Origin: Squalus acanthias
Taxonomy: Eukaryota
Direction: 5' to 3'
NCBI GenBank assembly: GCA_030390025.1
Contig: CM059431.1
Span: forward strand, 114,268,001-114,332,000
DNA: 64,000 bases
How positions within the stretch are numbered: position 1 is the first letter of the stretch; every line of letters starts with the position of its first letter. The notes beneath the pieces are model-generated. The model did not search any database, was not told the DNA's origin, and saw nothing but the letters and a program-made list of their open reading frames with translations. The translations under genes were made by a program, and so were the position numbers. Of this stretch, positions 27,098 through 38,600 are shown piece by piece.

Positions 27098-30000
27098 ACT
27101 GATGTACAGGCATTGATTTGAGGTACCTGTAATATACAGGCATTGAGTGCAGGTACCTGCAGTGTACAGGCATTGAGTGCAGGTACCTGAAATGTACAGG
27201 CATTGAGTGCAGCTCCCTGTAATATACAAGCATTGAGTGCTGATAACTGTAATGTACAGGCATTGAGTGCTGCTACCTGTAACGTACAGGCATTAAGTGC
27301 AGGTACCTGTAATATACAGGCATTGAGTGCAGGTACCTGTAATTTACAGGCATTGAGTGCAGTTACCGGTGATTTACAGGCATTGAGTGCAGATACCTAT
27401 AATGTACAGGTATTGAGTGTAGGAACCTGTAAATTACAGGCATTGAGTGCAGGTACATGTAATGTATAGACATTGAGTGCGGGTAACTGTAATGTACAGT
27501 CATTGAGTGCAGGTACCTGTCATGTACAGGCATTAATTGCGGCTACATGTAATAAACAGGCAATGACAGCAGGTACCTGTAATATACATGCATTGAGTGC
27601 AGGCATTCAGTGCAGGTACCTGTAATGTACTGGAATTGAGTGCAGATAACTGTAATATACAGGCATTGACTGCAGCTACCTGTAATGTACAGGCACTGAG
27701 TGCAGGTACCTGCAATGTACAGGCATTCATTGCAGGTAACTGTAATATACAGGCATTGAGTGCAGGTAATTGTAATGTACAGGCATTGAGTGCAGGTAAC
27801 AGTAATTAACAGGCATTGAGTGCAGATAACTGTAATATAGGGGGATTGAGAGCAGATAACTGCAATATACAGGCATTGGGTGCAGGTACCTATAATTTAC
27901 AGGAATTGATTGCATGTTCCTGTAATGTACAGGCATTGAGTGCAGGTACCTGTAATGTACAGGCATTGAGTGCAGGTACCTGTAATGTACAGGCATTGAG
28001 TGCAGGTAACTGTTATATACAGGCATTGAGTGCAGGTACATGTAATGTACAGGCATTGAGTGCAGGTAACTGTAATGTACAGGCATTGAGTGCAGGTACC
28101 TGTAATGTACAGGCATTGAGAGCAGCTAACTTTAATTAACAGTCATTGATTGCAGTTACCTGTAATGTACAAGCATTGATTGCAGGTACCTGTAAAATAT
28201 AGGCATTGATTGCAGGTAACTTTAATTAACAGGCATTGAGTGCAGGTACATGTAATGCACAGGCATTGAGTGCAGGTACATGTAATGCAAAGGCATTGAG
28301 TGCAGGTACCTGTAATGTACAGACATTGAGTGCAGGTACCTGTAATGTACAGGCATTCAGTGCAGATAACAGTAATGTACAGGCATTGAGTGCTGCTACC
28401 TGTAATGTACAGGCATTTAGTGCAAGTAACTGTGAAGTGCAGCCATCAAGTGTAGGTACCTCTAATTTCAAGAATTGAGTGCAGGTACCTGCAATTTACA
28501 GGCATTGAATGCAGGTACATGCATTATAGAGGCATTGATTGCAGGTACCTGTAATATACAGGCATTGAGTGCATGTAGCTGTAATATACAGGCGTTGCAT
28601 GCACGTACCTGTAATATACAGGCATTGCACACAGATGCCTGTAATGGACTGGCATTGAGTGCATATACCTGTAATATACAGGCATTAAGTGCAGGTATTT
28701 GTAATATACAGGCATTGACAGCAGGTACCTGTAATGTACAGGTATTGAGTGCAGGTAACTGTAATATACAGGCTTTGAGAGCAGGTACCTGTAATGTACA
28801 AGCATTGATTGTAGGGCACTGTAATGTACAGGAATTGAGTGCAGGTATCTGTAATATACAGGCATTGAGTGCAGGTACCTGTAATGTACAGGCATTGACT
28901 AGAAGTACATGCACTTTACAGGCATTGAGTGCAGGTACCTGTAATGTGCAGGTACCTGTAATGTACAGGCATTGAGTGCAGGTTCCTGCATTATACAGGC
29001 TTTAATTTCTGGTTCCTGTAATGAATGGGCATTGAGTGCAGTTACCTGTAATCTACAGGCATTGTGTGCAGGTACCTATATTCTACAGGCATTGAGTGCA
29101 GGTACCTGTAATATAGAGGCATTGAGTGCAGATAACTGTAATATACAGGCATTGAGTGCAGTAACCAGAAATGTACAAGCATTGACTGCAGGTACATGTA
29201 ATGTACAGGGATTGAGTGCAGGTTCCTGTCTTATACAGGCTTTGATTTCAGGTTCCAGTAATGTACAGACAGTGAGTGCAGCTACCTGTAATGTACAGAG
29301 ATTGAGTGCGGCTTTTAGTAATACAAAGGCATTGAGTGCAGATAACTTTAATATACAGGCATTGAGTGCAGATAACTATAATATATAGGCATTGAATGCA
29401 GGGACCTGTAATGTACATGCATTGAATACAAGTACCTGTAATGTTCAGGCATTGAATTCAGGTACATTTAATATACAGGCATTGCGTGTGGGTACGTGTA
29501 ATATTCAGGCATTGACTAACAATACCTGTAATATACAGTTATTGATTGCAGGTACCTGTAATGTACAGGCATTGAGTCCAGTTACCTGTAATGTACAGGA
29601 ATTGAGTGCAGATAACTGTAATGTACAGGCATTGTGTCCAGTTACCTGCAATATACAGGCATTGAGTGCAGGTACCTGTAATGTACAGGCATTGAGTGCA
29701 GGTAACTGTAATTTACAGGCATTGAATGCAGATAACTTTAATATACAGGCATTGACTGCAGCTACCTGTAATAGGCAGGCATTGTTTGCATTCACCTGTA
29801 ATGTATAGGCATTGAGTGCAGTAACCTGAAATGTACAGGCATTGACTGCAGGTAACTTTAATTAACAGCCATTGAGTGCAGGTACCTGTAATGTACAGTC
29901 ATTGAGCGCAGGTAACTGTAATATACAGGCATTGAGTGCAAGTACCTGTAATATACAGGCTTTCAGTGCAGCAACCTGTAATATACAGGCATTGAGTGCA

Positions 30001-33000
30001 GGTACCTGTAATGTACAGGCATTGTGTGCAGGTACCTGTAATATGCAGGTATTGGGTGCTGGTACCTGTAATATATAGGCATTGAGTGCAGGTTCTTGTA
30101 TTATACAGGCGTTGATTTCAGGTTCCTGTAATGTACAGGCATTCAGTGCAGGTATCTGTAATGTACAGGCATTGAGGGCAGGTATCTGTAATGTAAAGGC
30201 ATTGAGTGCAGTTACCTGTAATGTACAGGCAGTGAGAGCAGTTACTGGAATGTAGAGGCATTGAATGCTGGTACCTGTAATGTACAAGCATTGACTACAA
30301 GTACATGTAATGTACAGGCATTGAGTGCAGCTCCCTGTAATAAAAAGGCAATGAGTACAGATAAATTTTAATATACAGGGATTGAGTGCAGTTACCTGTA
30401 ATGTACAGGCATTGAGTGCAGGTCACTGTAAAATACAGTCAGTGAGTGCAGATAACTGTAATGTAAAGGCATTGAATGCAGGTACCTGTAATGTACAGGC
30501 ATTGACTACAAGTACCTGTAATGTACAGGCATTGAGTTCAGGTACCTTTAATATACAGGCATTGAGTGTGGGTACGTGTAATATTCAGGCATTGACTGCC
30601 AGTACCTGTAATGTACAGGTATTGATTGCAGGTATCTGTAATGTACAGGCATTGACTGCAGGTACCTGTAATGTACAGGAATTGAGTGCAGGTGTTGGAA
30701 TGTACAGGCATTGAGTGCAGGTACCTGTAATATACAGGTATTGAGTGCAGGTAGCTGTGATATACAGGCATTGACTGCAGGTACCTGTAATAGGCAGGCA
30801 TTGTTTGCAGATACTTGTAATGTACAGGCAGTGAGTGCAGTTACTGGAATGTACAGGCATTGAATGCAGGTACCTGTAATGTACAAGCAATGACTACAAT
30901 TACCTGTAATGTACAGGCATTGAGTGCAGCTCCCTGTAATACAAAGGTAATGAATGCAGATATCTCTAATATACGGGATTGAGTGCAGTTACCTGTAATG
31001 TACAGGCATTGAGTGCAGGTCACTGTAAAATACAGGCAGTGAGTGCAGATAACTGTAATGTAAAGGCATTGAATGCAGGTACCTGTAATGTACAGGCATT
31101 GACTACAAGTACCTGTAATGTACAGGCATTGAGTTCAGGTACCTTTAATATACAGGCATTGAGTGTGGGTACGTGTAATATTCAGGCATTGACTGCCAGT
31201 ACCTGTAATGTACAGGTATAGATTGCAGGTACCTGTAATGTACAGGCATTGACTGCAGGTACCTGTAATGTACAGGAATTGAGTGCAGGTGTTGGAATGT
31301 ACAGGCATTGAGTGCAGGTACCTGTAATATACAGGTATTGAGTGCAGATAGCTGTGATATACAGGCATTGACTGCAGGTACCTGTAATACACAGGCTTTG
31401 AGTGCAGGTACCTGTAATGTACTGGCATTGAGTGCAGTAACCTGAAATATACAGGCATTGACTGCAGGTTACTTTAACTAATAGGCATTGATTGCAGGTA
31501 CCTGTTATGTACAGGCATTGAGCGCAGATAACTGTAATATGCAGGCATTGAATGCAGGTAATTGTAATATACAGGAATTCAGTACAGGTACATGTAATAT
31601 ACAGGCATTGAGTGCAGGTACCTGTAATGTACAGGCATTGAGTGCAGGTAACTGTAATGTACAGGCATTGTTTGCAGTTACCAGCAATATACAGGCATTG
31701 AGTGCAGGTACCTGTAATATGCAGCCATTCTGTTCAGTTACTTGTAATATACAGGCATTGAGTGCAGGTACATGTAATGTACAGGCATTGAGTGCAGGTA
31801 ACTGTAATATACAGGCATTGAATGCAAGCACCTGTAATGTACAGGCATTCACAACAAATACCTGTAATGTACAGGCATTGAGTGCAGGTACCTGTAATGT
31901 ACAGGCAGTGAGTGCAGTTACTGGAATGTACAGGCATTGAGTGCAGGTACGTGCAGTGTACAGGCACTGAGTGCAAATAACTGTAATATACAGGCATTGA
32001 CTGCAACTACCTGTAACAGGCAGGCATTGTTTGCAGATTCCTGTAATGTATAGGCACTGAGTGCAGTAACCTGAAATGTACAGGCATTGACTTCAGGTAA
32101 CTTTAATTAACAGGCATTGAGTGCAGGTACCTGTAATGTACAGTCATTGAGCGCAGGTAACTGTAATATACAGGCATTGAGTGCAAGTACCTGTAATATA
32201 CAGGCTTTCAGTGCAGCTACCTGTAATATACAGGCATTGAGTGCAGGTACTTGTAATGTATAGGCATTGAGTCCAGGTAACTGTAATGTACAGGCATTGT
32301 GTGCAGTTACCTGTAATATGCAGGTATTGGGTGCTGGTACCTGTAATATACAGGCATTGAGTGCAGGTTCTTGTATTATACAGGCGTTGATTTCAGGTTC
32401 CTGTAATGTACAGGCATTCAGTGCAGGTATCTGTAATGTACAGGCATTGAGGGCAGGTATCTGTAATGTAAAGGCATTGAGTGCAGTTACCTGTAACATG
32501 CAGGCATTGAGTGCAGATAACGTTAATATACAGGCATCGAATGCAGTAACCAGAAATTTACAGGCAATGATTGCAGGTAACTTTAATTAACAGCCATTGA
32601 GTGCTTTAACTGTAATGTACCGGCATTGAATGCAGATAACTGTAATATACAAGCATTGAGTGCAGGTACCTGTAATATACAGGCATTGAGTGCAGGTACC
32701 TGTAATATACAGCCATTGAGTGCAGCGCCCTGTAATATACAGGCATTGCGCACAGATAACTGTAATATGCAGGCATTGAATGCAGGTACCTGTAATATAC
32801 AGGAATTCAGTGCAGGTACATGTAATATACAGGCATTGAGTGCAGGTACCTGTAATGTACAGCCATTGAGTGCACTTAGCTGTAATGTACAGGCATTGTG
32901 TGCAGTTACCTGCAATATACATGCATTGAGTGCACGTACCTGTAATATGCAGCCATTCTGTTCAGTTACTTGTAATATACAGGCATTGTGTGCAGGTACC

Positions 33001-34087
33001 TGTAATGTACAGGCATTGAGAACAAACAAATACCTGTAATGTACAGGCATTGAGTGCAGGTACCTGTAATGTACAGGCAGTGAGTGCAGTTACTGGAATG
33101 TACAGGCATTGAGTGCAGGTACGTGCAATGTACAGGCACTGAGTGCAGATAACTGTAATATACTGGCATTGACTGCAGCTACCTGTAATAGGCAGGCATT
33201 GTTTGCAGATGCCTGTAATGTATAGGCATTGAGTGCAGTAACCTGAAATGTACAGGCATTGACTGCAGGTAACTTTAATTAACAGGCATTGAGAACAGGT
33301 ACCTGTAATGTACAGTGATTGAGCGCAGGTATCTGTAATATACAGGCATTAAGTGCAAGTATCTGTAATATACAGGCTTTCAGTGCAGCTACCTGTAATA
33401 TACAGGCATTGAGTGCAGATACCTGTAATGTATAGGCATTGAGTCCAGGTAACTGTAATGTACAGGCATTGTGTGCAGTTACCTGTAATATACAGGCATT
33501 GAGTGCAGTTTCTTGTATTATACAGGCGTTGATTTCAGGTTCCTGAAATGTACAGACATTCAGTGCACGTATCTGTAATGTACAGGCATTGAGGACAGGT
33601 ATCTGTAATGTAAAGGCATTGAGTGCAGTTACCTGTAACATGCAGGCATTGAGTGCAGGTACCTGTAATATACAGGCATTGAGTGCAGCGCCCTGTAATA
33701 TACAGGCATTGCGCGCAGATAACTTTAATATACTGGCATTGAGTGCAGGTAACTGTAATAAACAGGCGTTTGGTGCAGATACCTATATTGTACAGGCATT
33801 GAGTGCAGGTACCTGTAATGTACAGGCATTGAATGCAGGTACCTCTAATGTACAGGCATTGAGTGCAGGTACCTGTAATATACAGGGAATGAGTGCAGGT
33901 TCCTGTATTATACAGGCTTTGATTTCAGGTTCCTGTAATGAAAAGGCATTGAGTGCAGGTACCTGTAATGTACAGGCTTTGAGTGCAGCTCCCTGTTATA
34001 TACAGATTTTGAGTGCAGATAACTTTAATATACAGGCATTGAGTGCAGATACCTGTAATGTACATGCGCTGAGTGCAGATACATATT
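27098..34087. repeat. 30-bp tandem satellite array, central segment
   Basis: Same monomer and orientation as the left segment, resuming directly after element A. Confidence 0.99.
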
Positions 34088-34309
34088 GGCCCAGAGTTTA
34101 AGCTCCCTGGCTTCCCGTGGGTGCAAGGATCCCGCGTGCACATACCTACCGCGCCTGCCATTGACGGCTGGGCCCACGGGGACTTCAGCTCCTGGGCCTG
34201 CCCCAACTGCCGGCGCGCAGTGCTTGCATGTCCCAGGTGCGTAGTTAGTGCGATGCGTCCCCTGGGATCCCGTGGGCCATGGAGAGCCAATGGCAGCAGA
34301 CCATCTTTC

Positions 34310-34349
34310 ATTCATAGATTTGACAGGAAGACCTGTCAAATCTATGAAT
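34310..34349. other. Perfect 18-bp inverted repeat with 4-nt loop in B1
   Basis: ATTCATAGATTTGACAGG-aaga-CCTGTCAAATCTATGAAT. Confidence 0.95.
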
Positions 34350-34800
34350 TGAAATCGGCCCCAAAACAACACCTAAACTTCAAATAAATTTTTTTTTAAA
34401 TCACATTTTTAAAATAACTATAAGTTAAATAAATTAACTACTTTACAACAAAAATTTAAATTTTTGAAAAAATTAAAATACTTTTTAACAGTGCTAAAAA
34501 TAAACTTACCTTTCTTTAAAGTATCTAAAAAAGATAAACCTGTTGAAATTCTTTTTAAATTACACTTAATTAACCTCTTACCTTGTTGAAAATGGGTCTT
34601 GCACCTCCTTTTTAAAAGTGCAGGTTCTTCAATACTTACCCTCCCGGAGAAACCAGAAAAAAAAACTAAGTTTGCTGCGTGCGCACAGCCTCTACCGCGC
34701 ATGCGGTTCACCTCTGAACCGCTCCCTTCACGAGACCAGAAGTTCCGATTTCCCGCGCATGCGCAGTGCATGCAGGAAACCGGCACTTCAGGAGGTCTTA

Positions 34801-34829
34801 CGGGTGAGTACACAGTGCGTACTCACCCG
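34801..34829. other. Subterminal 11-bp inverted repeat in B1
   Basis: CGGGTGAGTAC-acagtgc-GTACTCACCCG. The homologue in B2 at 35601-35629 is 10/11. Confidence 0.9.
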
Positions 34830-34851
34830 GCAACTGCCGAATTTTTGGCCC

Positions 34852-34897
34852 ATAATGTACAGGCATTGAGTGCAGGTACCTGTAATGTAAAGGCATT
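34852..34897. repeat. 46-bp satellite remnant (~1.5 monomers) between elements B1 and B2
   Basis: ATAATGTACAGGCATTGAGTGCAGGTACCTGTAATGTAAAGGCATT matches the monomer consensus. Confidence 0.97.
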
Positions 34898-35108
34898 GGC
34901 CCAGAAATTAAACATCGATGGTTCCCGCGGGGGTAAGGATTCCCCGCGATATCACACTCCGCGCCTACCTTTTTGTTTGGGGCCCACACGAACTTTAGTT
35001 TCCCTGTTGCAACCGTGCAGTGCTTGCGTATCGCAGAGGCGCAATTAGTTCGTGCGAGCTCTGGGATCACGTGATTCAGTTAGAGCCAATGGCAGCACAC
35101 CATCTTTC

Positions 35109-35148
35109 ATTCATAGTTTTGACAGCAAGGGCTGTCAAAGCTATGAAT
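35109..35148. other. Homologous 18-bp inverted repeat in B2
   Basis: ATTCATAGTTTTGACAGC-aagg-GCTGTCAAAGCTATGAAT (17 Watson-Crick pairs plus one T.G). Confidence 0.95.
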
Positions 35149-35553
35149 ACTACAAACCCCCAAAAGAACAGCTAAACCTCAATAAAAAATTTTAAAAAGC
35201 CATCACATTAATAAAATAACTATAGTTAAATAAATTAACCACTTTAAACAAAAAATTTAATTTTTGAAAAAATTTAAAATCTTTTTAAAAGTTATAAAAA
35301 TAAACTTACCTTTCTTTAAAGTCTCTAAAAAAGATAAACCTGTTGAAATTTTTTTTAAATAACACTTAATTAACAACTTACCTTGTTAAAAGGGGGTCCT
35401 ACACCTGCTTTCTTTATGTGTAAAATCTTCACCACTTACCTGCGCGTTCAAACCTGAAAAAAAAACTAAGTACACTGCGTGCGCACAACCTGTAGTGCGC
35501 ACGCGGTTCACTTAGGAACCGCCCCCTTTGCAATTCATGAAGTGCCGGTTTCC

Positions 35554-35565
35554 TGCGCATGCGCA
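35554..35565. promoter_or_regulatory. NRF1-type palindrome TGCGCATGCGCA (motif match only)
   Basis: Exact match to the known NRF1 consensus. B1 has GCGCATGCGCA at 34755-34765. Function not shown. Confidence 0.35.
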
Positions 35566-35651
35566 GTGCATGCAAGAAGCCGGCAATTAGGGAACTAATA
35601 CGCGCGAGTACACAGTGCGTACTCTCGCGGATTCGGTTTAATTTTGGGGCC

Positions 35652-38600
35652 ATTGAGTGCAGGTACCTGTAATGTACAGGCATTGTGTGCAGCTACCTGT
35701 ATTCTACAGGCATTGAGTGCAAGTACCGGTGATACACATGCACTGAGCGCAGGTAATTGAAATATACAGGCATTGATTGAAGGTACCTGTAATGTACAGA
35801 CATTGAGTGAAGGTCACTGTAATATACAGGCATTTAATGCAGGTACCTGTAATTTACAGGCATTGACTACCAGTACCTGTAATGTAGAGGTATTGATTGC
35901 AGGTACCTTTAATGTACAGGCATTGACTGCAAATACCTGTAATGTACAAGTATTGATTGCAGGTACCTGTAATGTACAGGCATTGAGTGCAGGTAAACTG
36001 ATATATAAAGGCATTGAGTGCAGGTAACTAATGTACAGGCATTGTGAGCAGTTACTGTGATATACAGGCATTGAGTGCAGGTATCTGTAATATACAGGCA
36101 TTGAGTGCAGGTAACTAATATACAGGCATTGACTGCAGATACCTGTAATACACAGGAATTGAGTGCAGGTACCTGTAATTTACAGGCAGTGAGGGCAGGT
36201 ACTGGAATGTACAGGCATTGAGTGCAGGTACCTGTAATGTACAGGCATTGAGAGCAGGTAATTGTAATATACAGACAGTGACTGCAGATACCTGTAATAC
36301 ACAGGCATTGACTTCAGTTACCTGTACTATACAGGCATTGAGTGCAGCTCCCTGTAATATGTAGGCATTGAGTGGAGATAACTTTAATATACAGGCATTG
36401 AGTGCAGGTACCTGTAATATACATGCATTGAGTGCAGGTACCTGTAATGTACTAGCATTGAGTGCAGGTACGTGTAATATACAGTCATTGAGTGTGAGTA
36501 CGTGTAATATACTGACATTGACTACCAGTACCTGTAATGAACAGGTATTGATTGCAGGTACCTGCAATGTACAGGCATTGAGTGCAGGTAACTGTAAAGT
36601 ACAGGCATTGTATGCAGTCACCTGTAACATACAGACATTGAGTGCAGGTACCTGTAATATACAGGCATTGAGTGCAGGTAACTGTAATACACAGGCATTG
36701 TGTGCATTAACCAGAAATTTACAGGCATTGAATGCAGGTAACTTGAATTAACAGGCATTGAGTGCAGGTACCTGTAATGTACAGGCATTGAGAGCAGATA
36801 ACTGTAATATACAGTCATTGAGTGCAGGTACCCGTAATCTACAGGCATTGACTACAAATACTTGGAATGTACAGGCATTGAGTGCAGGTACCGGTAGTTT
36901 ACAGGCATTGAGTGCAGGTACTGGAATGTACAGGCATTGAGTGCAGGTACCTGTAAAGTACAGGCATTGAGTGAAGATAATAGTAATATACAGGCATTGA
37001 CTGCAGATACCTGTAATACACAGGCATTGAGTGCAGGCACCTGTAATGTACAGGCATTGAGCACAGGTACCTGTATTGTACAGGCTTTGAGTGGAGATAC
37101 CTGTAATATACAGGCATTCACTGTAGTTACCTGTAATATACAGGCATTGAGCGCAGGTAACTGTAATATACAGGCATTGTGAGCTGCTACCTGTAATGCA
37201 CAGATATTGAGTGAAGGTACCTGTAATATACAGGCATTGACTGCAGGTACCTGTACTATACATGCATTGAATGCAGGTACATGTAATGTACAGGCATTGT
37301 TTGCAGGTACCAGTAATGTACTAGCATTGAGTGCAGGTACCTGTAATATTCAGTCATTGAGTTTTGGTACGTGTAATATACAGACATTGACTACCAGTAC
37401 CTGTGATGTACAGGCATTGAGTGCAGGTAAACTGTAATATACAGGCATTGAGTGCAGGGAACTGTAATGTACAGGCATTGTATGCAGTCACCTGTAATAT
37501 ACAGGCATTGAGTGCAGGTACCTGTAATATACAGGCATTGAGTGCAGGTACCTGTAATATACAGGCATTGAGTGCAGGTAACTGTAATATACAAGCATTG
37601 AATGCAGGTACCTGTAATGTACAGGCATTGACTGCAGGTTCCTGTAATACACAGGCATTGAGTGCATTAACCAGAAATTTACAGGCATTGAATGCAGGTA
37701 ACTTTAATTAACAGGCATTGAGTGCAGGTACCTGTAATGTACAGGCATTGAAAGCAGATAACTGTAATATACAGTCATTGAGTGCAGGTACCTGTAATCT
37801 ACAGGCATTGACTACAACTACTTGTAATGTACAGGCATTGAGTGCAGGTACCAGTAATTTACAGGCAGTGAGTGCAGGTATTGGAATGTACAGGCATTGA
37901 GTGAAGATAATTGTAATATACAGGCATTGACTGCAGATACCTGTAATACACAGGCATTGAGTGCAGGCACCTGTAATGTACAGGCATTGAGCGCAGGTAC
38001 CTGTATTGTACAGGCATTGAGTGGAGATACCTGTAATAAACAGGCATTCACTGTAGTTACCTGTAATATACAGGCATTGAGCGCAGGTAACTTTAATATA
38101 CAGGCATTGCGAGCTGCTACCTGTAATGCACAGATATTGAGTGAAGGTACCTGTAATATACAGGCATTGAGTGCAGGTAAACTGTAATATAGAGGCATTG
38201 AGTCAGGTAACTGTAATGTACAGGCATTGTGTGCAGTTACCTGTAACATACAGGCATTGCGTGCAGGTACCTGTAACATACAGGCATTGCGTGCAGGTAC
38301 CTGTAACATACAGGCATTGCGTGCAGGTACCTGTAACATACAGGCATTGCGTGCAGGTACCTGTAACATACAGGCATTGAGTGCAGGTACCTGTAATATA
38401 CAGGCATTGACTGCAGGTTCCTGTAATACACAGGCATTGAGTGCAGGTAACTTTAATTAATAGGCATTGAGTGCTGTACCTGTAATGTACAGGCATTGAG
38501 AGCATATAAATATAATATACTGGCATTGAGTGCAGATACCTGTAATCTATAGGCATTGATTGCAGGTACCTGTATTGCACAGGCATTGAGAGCAGGAAAC

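Larger units (their letters stand above)
34088..34851. mobile_element. MITE-like non-autonomous DNA transposon (element B1, 764 bp), PIF/Harbinger-like
   Basis: Left end GGCCCAGAGTTTAAGC vs revcomp of right end GGGCCAAAAATTCGGC (10/16). Flanks ATT (34085-34087) / ATA (34852-34854). Removing the element restores a satellite variant GATACATATAATGTAC that is also present near 54401. Colinear homology with element B2 over its full length. Confidence 0.85.
34898..35651. mobile_element. MITE-like non-autonomous DNA transposon (element B2, 754 bp), PIF/Harbinger-like
   Basis: TIRs GGCCCAGAAATTAAAC (34898-34913) vs revcomp of 35636-35651 GGCCCCAAAATTAAAC (14/16). Perfect ATT/ATT duplication (34895-34897, 35652-35654). 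The empty site AGGCATTGAGTGC is the satellite consensus. Confidence 0.92.

Noticed and set aside
34310..34349. Hairpin as a bacterial rho-independent terminator or pre-miRNA
   Set aside because: No upstream gene or adjacent U-tract and the context is not prokaryotic. The 40-nt hairpin is short for a pre-miRNA and there are no expression data.
34632..34641. ATACTTACC resembling the 5' end of U1 snRNA
   Set aside because: Similarity stops after about 9 nt and no U1 body follows. Better read as an antisense splice-donor motif.
33925..35070. ORFs of 83-149 aa across B1/B2
   Set aside because: Several run across element-satellite junctions, and the frames are not preserved between the homologous B1 and B2.
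34088..35651. B1 and B2 as the two LTRs of a retroelement, or as a Helitron/SINE
   Set aside because: No TG..CA ends, PBS or internal domain. The spacer is satellite DNA. Each copy has its own TIRs and TSD, with no poly(A) tail or CTRR end.
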